Both the position numbers and the translations under genes were made by a program. DNA of 64,000 bases from an uncultured Candidatus Saccharibacteria bacterium (lineage in GTDB: Bacteria > Patescibacteriota > Saccharimonadia > Saccharimonadales > AWTP1-31): assembly GCA_964409615.1 (NCBI GenBank), contig CAYPDT010000002.1, positions 1,226 through 65,225 of the forward strand, read 5' to 3'. Positions within the stretch are counted from its first letter, which is position 1. Every line of letters starts with the position of its first letter. The notes under the pieces were generated by a model. That model saw only the letters and a list, made by a program, of their open reading frames with translations, was not told the DNA's origin and did not search any database. This document shows, piece by piece, positions 18,418 through 26,921 of the stretch.

Positions 18418-18501
18418 ATGATACAACAAGCAATTAATCAGTTCTATTATTTCTGGTTTACACCGTCATTCGCATGGCGCTTTGCTTCTATATATCAATA
18501 A
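18418..18501 (+). promoter_or_regulatory. candidate 27-codon leader peptide ORF rich in aromatic codons
   Basis: Translates to MIQQAINQFYYFWFTPSFAWRFASIYQ*. That is 2 Trp, 5 Phe and 3 Tyr in 27 codons. A strong terminator follows. Confidence 0.45.
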
Positions 18502-18522
18502 TCCGTAGAAACCGCACAAGCA

Positions 18523-18546
18523 AACCGCCATTCAGGCGGTTTTTTT
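18523..18546 (+). terminator. Rho-independent terminator (candidate attenuator)
   Basis: AACCGCC-ATTCA-GGCGGTT followed by a 7-T run. It lies 21 nt after the leader ORF stop and 45 nt before the next ATG (18591). Confidence 0.75.
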
Positions 18547-18590
18547 ATATCAATTTACTATCACTAAAGAACTATTTACCGAAGAATACT

Positions 18591-18977
18591 ATGTCAGAAC
18601 TAATACCATCAAAATTACTATCAACGCCCTTACAAATACCAACCCCGTTTCATGCCAAGCATATTGAACGAATTACAGAAAGAAGGAGTGAGTTTCGTCA
18701 TGTCTTACAAGAGGTCTTGCTGACATCTGAACTAAGCCCAACAATCACCGAACTCGCCGTGCCCACATCAGATGCTGAGCACCGTTTCAGGATGGGCGCC
18801 AATATTGCGCTTCGGACTTTGCTTGATATTAGTGAAGGAGTGCCGGCCATCACTCGTCTAGGTGCTGCTGAAGCGTTTGAGAGTACAGACCCTACAGCAA
18901 GTCTAGTGCTGCACATACAACCGGCTACGGTGGTTAGAGATAATTCAGGACGCTACGTATTAGTGCAACCGCTATGA
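18591..18977 (+). CDS. hypothetical protein (128 aa)
   Basis: The ATG at 18591 is downstream of the terminator. The track start at 18474 would read through the leader and hairpin. No motif recognised. Confidence 0.5.
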   Translation: MSELIPSKLLSTPLQIPTPFHAKHIERITERRSEFRHVLQEVLLTSELSPTITELAVPTSDAEHRFRMGANIALRTLLDISEGVPAITRLGAAEAFESTDPTASLVLHIQPATVVRDNSGRYVLVQPL

Positions 18978-19066
18978 CACATGTTAGTCACTACAAATAC
19001 TGGTATTTATACGCTTCACTTGGGAGATTCTGTTGGCATTCATACATGCAACATCAAAAACACTAC

Positions 19067-19090
19067 AACCGCCTCCCGCAGGCGGTTTTT
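19067..19090 (+). terminator. second hairpin with the same stem as 18523-18546 and a weaker T-run
   Basis: AACCGCC-TCCCGCA-GGCGGTT followed by TTT, then AC. Confidence 0.5.
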
Positions 19091-19107
19091 ACATACAAGG
19101 AATAACT

Positions 19108-19356
19108 ATGAATGAAAATATAGAAAACACTAGGTCAGGGATGCAAGACACCGTTTATCGTCTGCAGGCAGAAATTGCCTATCAACTGTACCAAGAGCAA
19201 ATACAAGCAGCTCGAGCAAGACAAAGTCGTCTCGAACAATATCTGGCGAACCTGACACAAAAAGAGGTGATTGTTGGCGAATTTTACATTCCCCGCAATT
19301 TTGATGAAGCCTGTGCGATTCATGATGCAGGAGGAGCTGTATATGGCATTTGTTAA
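19108..19356 (+). CDS. hypothetical protein (82 aa) overlapping the trpB start
   Basis: The ATG at 19108 follows the hairpin. Predicted coiled-coil-like QAEIAYQLYQEQIQAARARQSRLEQYL. The 3' end overlaps trpB by 14 nt. Confidence 0.4.
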   Translation: MNENIENTRSGMQDTVYRLQAEIAYQLYQEQIQAARARQSRLEQYLANLTQKEVIVGEFYIPRNFDEACAIHDAGGAVYGIC

Positions 19357-20563
19357 GTCGAGTACGTACTTCGGTCAGTTTGGTGGGAGGTACGTACCAG
19401 AAATGTTACAACCGACATTAGAGGAGGTAGCAAAAGTCTACGATAAACTTCGGCGTTCGCCAAAATTCATTGCTGAGCTACAAGACTTGCAAACAAGTTT
19501 CAATAATCGCCCGACTCCGCTCGTGGAAGCCCAAAACATCACTCGAAAGTTAGGGGGTGCTCGGATTTTCCTCAAGAACGAAGGGCTCAACCACACAGGA
19601 GCGCACAAGATAAACCACTGTCTTGGGCAAGCTCTTGTTGCAAAACACCTGGGGAAGCGACGCTTGATAGCCGAGACCGGCGCCGGGCAGCATGGCGTAG
19701 CCACCGCGACCGTTGCAGCTAAGTTCGGGTTTGAGTGTACGGTTTACATGGGTAAAAAAGATATCCAGCGACAACGCCCGAACGTAGTCTTAATGGGGCT
19801 ACTAGGCGCTGAAGTTGTTTCTGTAGACACCGGTAGCCAAACCTTGAAAGACGCTGTAAGTGCAGCTCTAAAAGACTTGTTACAACATGCCGACACAAGC
19901 CATTACGTTATCGGGTCTTGCCTGGGGCCAGATCCATATCCACGGATGAACCGAGACTTTCAATCAATCATTGGTAAAGAAGTTGCTCAACAGATACCTG
20001 TAAAGCCAACTCATATAATTGCTTGTGTAGGTGGTGGCAGCAATGCGCTTGGTATATTTACTGAGTTTCTAGCAGATACCTCGATTAGGCTTATCGGAGT
20101 AGAGGCCGGCGGAGTTGGCTCAAAAGCAGGTCAACATGCGTGTCGCTTCCCGCATGCTTCGGTAGGTATAATGGAAGGCTATAAATCGTACTTCTTGCAA
20201 GATGACGATGGTAATCAGGGAAAAACGCACAGCATTGCTGCCGGGCTTGATTACCTCGGTATTGGACCTGAGCTTGCCGAACTTCACGATATCAAGCGGG
20301 TTGAGTTTGTCAGCATCAAGGACGAGGATGCACTTGCCGCTGTTAAAACACTCGCCACATTCGAAGGCATCGTCCCCGCACTAGAGTCTGCACATGCTGT
20401 TGCTTACGCCTTAAAACTCAGTGCCACTCTGGGCAAGAATGACGTGGTGGTTGTTAATATTTCTGGCAGAGGCGACAAAGATATGTTTGCCTTGGCACGA
20501 AATTTCGACGGAGCAAACTTTAAGAGATATCTAATAGAGGAGGTGCAAAGATATGGAAAATAA
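19343..20563 (+). CDS. trpB: tryptophan synthase beta chain
   Basis: FGQFGGRYVPE, HTGAHKINH (PLP Lys) and GGGSNALG motifs. GGAGG lies 8 nt upstream of the ATG at 19343. Confidence 0.93.
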   Translation: MAFVKSSTYFGQFGGRYVPEMLQPTLEEVAKVYDKLRRSPKFIAELQDLQTSFNNRPTPLVEAQNITRKLGGARIFLKNEGLNHTGAHKINHCLGQALVAKHLGKRRLIAETGAGQHGVATATVAAKFGFECTVYMGKKDIQRQRPNVVLMGLLGAEVVSVDTGSQTLKDAVSAALKDLLQHADTSHYVIGSCLGPDPYPRMNRDFQSIIGKEVAQQIPVKPTHIIACVGGGSNALGIFTEFLADTSIRLIGVEAGGVGSKAGQHACRFPHASVGIMEGYKSYFLQDDDGNQGKTHSIAAGLDYLGIGPELAELHDIKRVEFVSIKDEDALAAVKTLATFEGIVPALESAHAVAYALKLSATLGKNDVVVVNISGRGDKDMFALARNFDGANFKRYLIEEVQRYGK

Positions 20564-21299
20564 TGTTTTTGCACACGTTGTGGCTGGCTATCCTAGTCGT
20601 AAAGAATGCCTCGCATTTTTAAAGGGAGCGGCTCAGCTCGGCGTTGCAGCACTAGAAGTTCAAATTCCATTTTCCGACCCCAGTGCAGATGGGCCTGTCA
20701 TTATGAGAGCTAACGACCAGGCACTCGCCAACCGAACAACCATACTCGATAGCATGGCTATCATTAAACAAGTACATCAAGACTATCCGACGTTACCGCT
20801 ATATGTCATGAGTTACAGCAATAAAGTATATGCCTATGGTATCCAAAAATTCTGCATCCTGGCTAAGCAAAGTGGTGCAGCCGGGCTGATTGTGCCAGAC
20901 CTACCAATCGATTCAACGGAATATAGAATCTTGCGTGAATCGACTAAGAAGCATGGGCTACGGTTAGTGCCTGTTTTAACACCTGGAATGGCAATCTCGC
21001 GACATAAGTTATATGCACAAGAAAAGCCCAACCTAGTGTATATAACAAGCACTCGTGGAATCACTGGCAACGTGGCTGACACTCAGCAAAGTCTCAAAAA
21101 ATTTATTGCCGAGCATCGAAAAATGAACCAGTCTAGCATAGTCGTAGGCTTTGGTATCCAATCTGCTTTGCAGGTACGCGACACGTTGAAGTGCAGCGAT
21201 TACGTGGTTATCGGCAGCGCAATCACCCAGGAGCTTGGTCTCCATGGAGTAAACGGCGCGCTGGATCTATTGCAAGAATTATGTACAATAACGAATTAG
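20553..21299 (+). CDS. trpA: tryptophan synthase alpha chain
   Basis: LEVQIPFSDPSADGPVI motif; overlaps trpB by 11 nt; 248 aa. Confidence 0.88.
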   Translation: MENNVFAHVVAGYPSRKECLAFLKGAAQLGVAALEVQIPFSDPSADGPVIMRANDQALANRTTILDSMAIIKQVHQDYPTLPLYVMSYSNKVYAYGIQKFCILAKQSGAAGLIVPDLPIDSTEYRILRESTKKHGLRLVPVLTPGMAISRHKLYAQEKPNLVYITSTRGITGNVADTQQSLKKFIAEHRKMNQSSIVVGFGIQSALQVRDTLKCSDYVVIGSAITQELGLHGVNGALDLLQELCTITN

Positions 21300-21309
21300 G
21301 AGTATTACT

Positions 21310-21990
21310 ATGAAGAACAATAATATACATGGAATCATTGGAGTCGGCGACCTGGGTTCTCAGCTGAAAACATGGCTGACTGCCGTAGGAAAAACCGTCA
21401 TCGCTTTCGATACATCCGACTCATCGCTCAGCAACGTCGTCAGCCAGGCAGAAATTTTTGAGCAGGCAGATGTGGTGCACTGGTGTGCGCCACTGCATAG
21501 TATTAGCGCAGGCCTTCAGGTACGCACAAATCAGCATCTGATACTACACGCCAGCGTTATGCATGAAAGCCTGCAAACTAAGCAGGTCATACAAACGCAT
21601 GACACATCGACCAACAATATCGACATCGCCCATTTGCTCATGAACCATGCTAAACGAGTGGTCGTAGCAGCCGAATCTGATGACCCAAAGATGTGTTCTG
21701 AGATATTGGCCGACTGTGGCTTTAACCCAATTGTTAAAACCGTTCAGCAACATGACCGTATGATGGCAGTCTCTCAGGCTCCGATGGCCATGCTCCATGA
21801 GTTAATCCTGAACGAACTGGTCGAACTAGAACAAAATGAGCTCTTAACCCCATCGGGGGCTGAGCTACTCAGTGCTATTCGAGCCCGCGCAGCTAAGTGG
21901 ACTCCTGCGACCCTTCAGTCTATATTGAGCAACCCCGAAATCAACGGACTCATTAGCCAGATGCAATCGCTTATCAAAAATAAACACTAA
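21310..21990 (+). CDS. NAD(P)-binding Rossmann protein, prephenate/arogenate dehydrogenase-like (tentative)
   Basis: N-terminal GIIGVGDLGS (GxGxxG). The QQHDRMMAVSQAPMAM segment resembles the TyrA HD...SHLPH region. Divergent overall. Confidence 0.35.
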   Translation: MKNNNIHGIIGVGDLGSQLKTWLTAVGKTVIAFDTSDSSLSNVVSQAEIFEQADVVHWCAPLHSISAGLQVRTNQHLILHASVMHESLQTKQVIQTHDTSTNNIDIAHLLMNHAKRVVVAAESDDPKMCSEILADCGFNPIVKTVQQHDRMMAVSQAPMAMLHELILNELVELEQNELLTPSGAELLSAIRARAAKWTPATLQSILSNPEINGLISQMQSLIKNKH

Positions 21991-22030
21991 CACCATAATT
22001 TCGAAAGAATACCGTATAATAAGGAGTAAT

Positions 22031-23053
22031 ATGACAAAACCTGTAATCCTAACTGGCCTTCGTGCCAATAACGACCTGCAACTCGGCAACTACCTTGGTG
22101 CCATGCTACCTATGGTCGAAATGCAAAGGCAACATGCTGGCGAATATCAAATCAACATGTTCGTGCCAGACCTACACAGCTTCACAACACCAATAGATCA
22201 CTCCAAGCTCTATGAGCAGACTATGCATAACCTAAAGTTATTTGTCGCTGCTGGCCTAGATCTTGATAACCCCGACACATTTGTATATCGTCAAAGTCGC
22301 ATTTCGGCACACAGTGAATTGACTGTTATTCTTAACTGTTTCACCTACATGGGTGAACTCGGCCGTATGACGCAATATAAAGAGAAAGGTGGCGACCAAA
22401 CCAGCGTAAGTGTGGGGTTATTCGACTATCCAGTACTTATGGCAGCCGACATCTTACTGTATGGTGCAAAGTATGTCCCAGTTGGTGCCGACCAAACACA
22501 ACATGTAGAGTTAGCTCGCGATATTGCCATTCGGCTTAACAATAAGTTTGGTGAGCTATTTACGTTACCAGAAGCCGAGAAGGCACAGATTGCGTTCGCC
22601 AACAGCCAATCACGGTTACGTGTGCGTGATTTACAAAAGCCTGAAAAGAAAATGAGTAAGTCTGACGAGTCGGGCAAGGGAGTTATTTTCTTGAGCGATA
22701 GCCCAGAAAATGCCCGCAAAAAGATTATGAGTGCCACCACCGATAGTCTCGGCATTGTTGCCTACGATATCGTCAATCAACCAGGCATTACTAACCTCAT
22801 TGATATTCTGGCAGCTCTGACCAATAAGACTCCAGAAGAAGTCACGAAAGAATATGAAGGCCAAACCATGTACGGCCCCCTCAAAGCAGCTACCGCAGAC
22901 GCCGTTGTGGCCTTTCTAACTGATTTCCAGGCAAAACTGGGGGCAGTAGACGAAGCCAAGCTACAAGCTAAACTTGCGGCCTCTGAAGAAGCCATGAACG
23001 ATGTAGCTAGCAAAACTCTGACTGGTGTTCAGAAAGCCGTAGGCCTCCGTTGA
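22031..23053 (+). CDS. trpS: tryptophan--tRNA ligase
   Basis: LQLGNYLGA (TrpRS-type HIGH region), GELGRMTQYKEKG, KMSKS. Confidence 0.92.
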   Translation: MTKPVILTGLRANNDLQLGNYLGAMLPMVEMQRQHAGEYQINMFVPDLHSFTTPIDHSKLYEQTMHNLKLFVAAGLDLDNPDTFVYRQSRISAHSELTVILNCFTYMGELGRMTQYKEKGGDQTSVSVGLFDYPVLMAADILLYGAKYVPVGADQTQHVELARDIAIRLNNKFGELFTLPEAEKAQIAFANSQSRLRVRDLQKPEKKMSKSDESGKGVIFLSDSPENARKKIMSATTDSLGIVAYDIVNQPGITNLIDILAALTNKTPEEVTKEYEGQTMYGPLKAATADAVVAFLTDFQAKLGAVDEAKLQAKLAASEEAMNDVASKTLTGVQKAVGLR

Positions 23054-23117
23054 AATTAACAGATACAGTACATTACACCGCAAACACTAACAGTAAAGTA
23101 CGTCTGAGAGGCACCCT

Positions 23118-23969
23118 ATGATAACCAATACCGTTGAAGAGTCTGGCCGAGTTGACGCTACCGTTGCCAGTCAGCTGAATGTTAGCCGCTCATTCGTGAA
23201 GGTTCTTCTTGATCAAGGAAAAGTATCGGTCAATAACAACTCCGTGTACAAAGCATCGGCAAAAGTACACCCCGGCGATGTACTGCAGATAGATTTTGAA
23301 CCAACTACCTTGGCCGACATCCCTGAGATAGAGCTTGATGTACTGTACAAGGATGATGATTGTCTAGTGGTCTACAAACCTGCAGGCGTCTTGACACATA
23401 GTAAAGGCGCATTTAATCCAGAGGCTACCGTGTCGACTTTCATTCGGCAATTCACTTCTGGCATGGAAGATAACCGTGGCGGCATCGTACATCGGCTCGA
23501 CCGAGTTACATCGGGACTGTTAATTTGCGCGCGCACCGAACCAGCTCTCAAATGGCTCCAAGACCAATTCGCTGAGCGTAAAGCCAAGAAGACCTACATT
23601 GCTGTTGTCGAAGGGCACTTAGATGAACCTGAGGCTGTCATCGACATGCCCATTGAGCGCAATCCTAAAAAACCACAAACCTTCCGGGCTGGATCTAATG
23701 GTAAAGTAGCAATCACCCAATACAAAGTACTCGCAGAAAATGAAGAATATAGCCTGGTGCAACTACAACCAACAACAGGGCGAACCCATCAGCTTCGTGT
23801 TCATCTTAGCCAAATAGGTCACCCGATTGTCGGCGATGAACTCTATGGCGGCAAGCCGGCAAAACGAGTATTTCTGCATGCATTATCACTGGAACTGACT
23901 TTGCCCAACAAAGAACATCACATTTTTACCACCGACACGCCAACAGAATTCACCGACATAGTAAAATAG
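23118..23969 (+). CDS. RluA-family 23S rRNA pseudouridine synthase (RluD-like) with an N-terminal S4 domain
   Basis: HRLDRVTSGLLICART catalytic motif and GRTHQLRVHL motif. Confidence 0.88.
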   Translation: MITNTVEESGRVDATVASQLNVSRSFVKVLLDQGKVSVNNNSVYKASAKVHPGDVLQIDFEPTTLADIPEIELDVLYKDDDCLVVYKPAGVLTHSKGAFNPEATVSTFIRQFTSGMEDNRGGIVHRLDRVTSGLLICARTEPALKWLQDQFAERKAKKTYIAVVEGHLDEPEAVIDMPIERNPKKPQTFRAGSNGKVAITQYKVLAENEEYSLVQLQPTTGRTHQLRVHLSQIGHPIVGDELYGGKPAKRVFLHALSLELTLPNKEHHIFTTDTPTEFTDIVK

Positions 23970-23970
23970 A

Positions 23971-24822
23971 GTGGCTATGCTACTACACTCTGCCACACAA
24001 AAAGCACTCAATGATTTTATTGCACAACCTTCGCATGCGCTATTAATTACTGGCCCAGAGGGAAGCGGTAAGGGAAGTGTGGCCCAATTTGTAGCAAGTG
24101 AATTACTAGGCACTGATGTTTCTAAGCTCGATGCGCACCCGCGGGTATTATGGCTGCACGACCAGGCTATTTCTATAGAAGATATTCGGGCAGCACAAAA
24201 GCTAATGCAACTAAAAGTACCTGGCAGCAAAGCAATTCGGCGTGCAGTTATCGCTGAGCAAGCACAGACCATGAGCAATGAAGCACAAAATGCTTTTCTG
24301 AAATTACTCGAGGAACCTCCGGCCGATACGGTTATCATCCTAACAGCCTCTAGCACCGAGCACTTACTACCGACTATCCGGTCACGCGTTCAACAGTTAC
24401 ATGTCCGCCCCGTCGACAAAGCAAGCACTACGCAGTATTTTGAGAAAGACTACCAACCGGGCGAGATAGACAAAGCGTACTACCTCAGCGAAGGGTATAT
24501 GGGGCTAATGCAAGCCATACTCTCTGGCGATGCATCGCACCCGTTAGTTGAACAAATACAGCGAGCAAAAACCATTTTGGCTGGCAGTACATATGACCGC
24601 CTGTGCCAGATAGATGCAATCGTTAAAGACAAGCAAGTGCCAACTTTCCTGAAAGCCTTGGAGCGTATTTGTCATGCGGCGCTCGTACAGTCTGCTCTTA
24701 AAAATGCGCCCGCCACCAAGGCTTGGAAAGCTCGACTACAAGCAGTCGTCAGCACAGAAGATTTACTTAATCGTAACCCATCCGCCAAGCTACTACTCAC
24801 TGACCTTTTTTTGCACATATAA
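23971..24822 (+). CDS. holB: DNA polymerase III delta' subunit
   Basis: ITGPEGSGKGS P-loop-like segment, AQNAFLKLLEEPP and TIRSR motifs. Confidence 0.8.
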   Translation: MAMLLHSATQKALNDFIAQPSHALLITGPEGSGKGSVAQFVASELLGTDVSKLDAHPRVLWLHDQAISIEDIRAAQKLMQLKVPGSKAIRRAVIAEQAQTMSNEAQNAFLKLLEEPPADTVIILTASSTEHLLPTIRSRVQQLHVRPVDKASTTQYFEKDYQPGEIDKAYYLSEGYMGLMQAILSGDASHPLVEQIQRAKTILAGSTYDRLCQIDAIVKDKQVPTFLKALERICHAALVQSALKNAPATKAWKARLQAVVSTEDLLNRNPSAKLLLTDLFLHI

Positions 24823-24885
24823 TAACCGGTCAGGGAACATACTTAGTGGCAAGAAAGCATAACAAACTGTGAAATAGCTGATTGT

Positions 24886-25557
24886 GTGCTAAAATATAAG
24901 GTAATGCTAGAGTTAATTCTCGTATTGGTGTTTGGAGTGCTTGCACTTCGCGGATCTCATGTCAGCGACGATGAGCTCTCTGTTCTCCCCCGAAAAATAA
25001 GCGACAAAGTTGGTAAACTTTGGGATATAGCCCATCAAGGAATGCGCGAAAACCGCTTCTTACGGGCAGAGAAAGCACTACTAACCATTCTCAAGATAGA
25101 TGAGCGCAACGCGGCTGCATATAACCGTCTAGGTATTTTGTATGCTAAGCAAAAAGAGTACAAAGATGCCATCGACTGTTTCGAAATTGCCAGTAGCATA
25201 GAGTCAACTCCTTCAAGCCTTCACAACCTAGGGCTCATATATTACGAAACCGAAAACTACGAAAAAGCTGCCATAGCCTTCGAGCAGGCATTAAAGCTCG
25301 AGGACAACCTTGCGGCACGACACATCGCGTATGCCAAGGTACAAGAGCAATTAGGTAACGAGAAACTAATGCTTGGGGAGCTAGAAAAAGCTGCCGACCT
25401 GGAACCTAACAAAGAAACTTTTCAACTTCTGCATAAAGCCTACATGGACAAGGGTATGCAGCTAGAGGCAGACGAGGTAGAACAGAAACTCAAAAAACTC
25501 ATTGTTCCATCTGGCCGACCCAAAAAAGTCATTCGGCCACGTCGAGTTGTTATTTAG
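24886..25557 (+). CDS. membrane-anchored TPR-repeat protein
   Basis: N-terminal TM helix (LELILVLVFGVLAL), then 3-4 TPR-like repeats (AAAYNRLGILYAKQKEYKDAIDCFEIA ...). Confidence 0.7.
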   Translation: MLKYKVMLELILVLVFGVLALRGSHVSDDELSVLPRKISDKVGKLWDIAHQGMRENRFLRAEKALLTILKIDERNAAAYNRLGILYAKQKEYKDAIDCFEIASSIESTPSSLHNLGLIYYETENYEKAAIAFEQALKLEDNLAARHIAYAKVQEQLGNEKLMLGELEKAADLEPNKETFQLLHKAYMDKGMQLEADEVEQKLKKLIVPSGRPKKVIRPRRVVI

Positions 25558-25614
25558 TATCTTCTAAGTTGCTATTCAACCCCTGTTTTGGTACACTATT
25601 CAGGTTATTTTCAT

Positions 25615-25691
25615 GCCGCCTTAGCTCAGTTGGTTAGAGCGACGGTTTTGTAAACCGTAGGTCGTCGGTTCGAATCCGACAGGCGGCTCCA
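25615..25691 (+). tRNA. tRNA-Thr (anticodon UGU), CCA encoded
   Basis: The cloverleaf folds by eye: acceptor GCCGCCT/AGGCGGC, anticodon loop TTTGTAA, T-loop GGTTCGAATCC. Confidence 0.93.
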
Positions 25692-25701
25692 TATTTAACA
25701 A

Positions 25702-25787
25702 GCAGGGTTAGTGAAGCGGTCAAACACGGCAGACTGTAAATCTGCTGGCTTATGCCTTCGGGGGTTCGAATCCCTCACCCTGCACCA
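25702..25787 (+). tRNA. tRNA-Tyr (anticodon GUA), class II long variable arm, CCA encoded
   Basis: Acceptor GCAGGGT/ACCCTGC, anticodon loop CTGTAAA, variable arm GGCTTATGCCTTC. Confidence 0.92.
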
Positions 25788-25796
25788 AATAAATAT

Positions 25797-25821
25797 ACTC
25801 ATCTTAAAGATGAGTTTTTTA
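25797..25821 (+). terminator. Rho-independent terminator after the tRNA pair
   Basis: ACTCATC-TTAAA-GATGAGT followed by TTTTTT. Confidence 0.8.
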
Positions 25822-25957
25822 TTTGCCAGGCGACGATTCGGAGACTCGAGCCTTAATACTAAAAGTCTGTAATTTACGTCTTAATATAAACGGACTGTTT
25901 TACAACATATTAGCTATTGTAGGCTGAGCCAACTAAGCTTAAGCTTAGAGTAATACT

Positions 25958-26425
25958 ATGAATTCACTCGTCGTACCACCCGACCAGTTACATTTTATTC
26001 GTGCCGTTTTACCGGAAAGTGCCGCAAGCTTTACTATTGGCCTACCGCCCGAAGAACTAATGATGAATGGTAGTGAAGTTTCTGGTGCAACAAGAAGCAT
26101 TGCCATTGATACTATCGGTGTATTCATCGAGCAAGCTCCAGACCCACAAAGACGACTAAGGTTACCGCCGATAGCCTTTGGCGCAGAAAGGCCATTACCT
26201 GGCTTAAGTGATTTAGAGGTGCAACCCGTTTGCATGGAAGACTACAAACTACTCAGGATTCTAGCCCCATCCTGGCCGGAAATTGAACGCTTGCCAATTC
26301 GTCTCGATGGCTACCGGGAGCGCACCCATCCTGCAGATACCGGTCATCACGGAAGTCGCAGTATACGACCACATAAACCACCCGTCACTCCTGAAGTTAT
26401 ATTACCTCTGACCTTTTTCAACTAA
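25958..26425 (+). CDS. hypothetical protein (155 aa) between tRNA genes
   Basis: Pro/Arg-rich ORF with no recognisable motif. It competes with the antisense ORF 25945-26235. Confidence 0.35.
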   Translation: MNSLVVPPDQLHFIRAVLPESAASFTIGLPPEELMMNGSEVSGATRSIAIDTIGVFIEQAPDPQRRLRLPPIAFGAERPLPGLSDLEVQPVCMEDYKLLRILAPSWPEIERLPIRLDGYRERTHPADTGHHGSRSIRPHKPPVTPEVILPLTFFN

Positions 26426-26470
26426 AGCCCTCCTCAAATTGACTGTAATCTGTTAAAATAGCTCGGTTAA

Positions 26471-26545
<75 letters not shown>

Positions 26546-26555
26546 TTTACATAAA

Positions 26556-26578
26556 ACACCCGTTGCAGGTGTTTTTTT
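26556..26578 (+). terminator. terminator-like hairpin after tRNA-Thr(GGU)
   Basis: ACACC-CGTTGCA-GGTGT followed by a 7-T run. Confidence 0.6.
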
Positions 26579-26627
26579 AGTTAAACACTAGTCAGCATTA
26601 AGATAATCTGTTAAAATACTGTCTTAT

Positions 26628-26825
26628 ATGGCTAAGAAAACTGATAAACGCAAGATTGTTGGACTCGTTTCTGAAGAAACAGGGCACCGACATTACTACA
26701 CCAAGAAAAACACCATGAATACGCCGGACAAGCTGCGTCTACGAAAGTATGACCCTGTTGCTCGCAAGCATGTGTGGTACACCGAGACCAAGAAGAGCCT
26801 CGGACGAAACGAAGTCAAAAAGTAA
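26628..26825 (+). CDS. rpmG: 50S ribosomal protein L33 (bL33), Cys-less form
   Basis: [10 protein letters not shown] ... [18 protein letters not shown] matches the L33 pattern with the Zn-ribbon Cys residues replaced. Confidence 0.9.
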   Translation: MAKKTDKRKIVGLVSEETGHRHYYTKKNTMNTPDKLRLRKYDPVARKHVWYTETKKSLGRNEVKK

Positions 26826-26836
26826 TAACTTCAAAA

Positions 26837-26859
26837 AAGCCTCCATCGGGAGGCTTTTT
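26837..26859 (+). terminator. Rho-independent terminator after rpmG
   Basis: AAGCCTCC-ATCG-GGAGGCTT followed by TTT. Confidence 0.85.
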
Positions 26860-26921
26860 AATATTGTTGACCTAATATCTGAAATAGCTTCTAAAAAGTT
26901 CTTTAAAACTTTGTAGCTATT

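Noticed and set aside
22031-22130. The TrpRS HIGH motif reads LQLGN rather than HxGH/HLGN, which first looked like an inactivating change
   Set aside because: Bacterial TrpRS commonly has a degenerate first motif (for example TLGN in Bacillus subtilis TrpRS). KMSKS and the other TrpRS blocks are intact.
25945-26235. 96-aa minus-strand ORF between the tRNA genes
   Set aside because: It overlaps the longer plus-strand ORF 25958-26425 almost completely. Neither has a motif. I kept only the longer, co-directional one, at low confidence.
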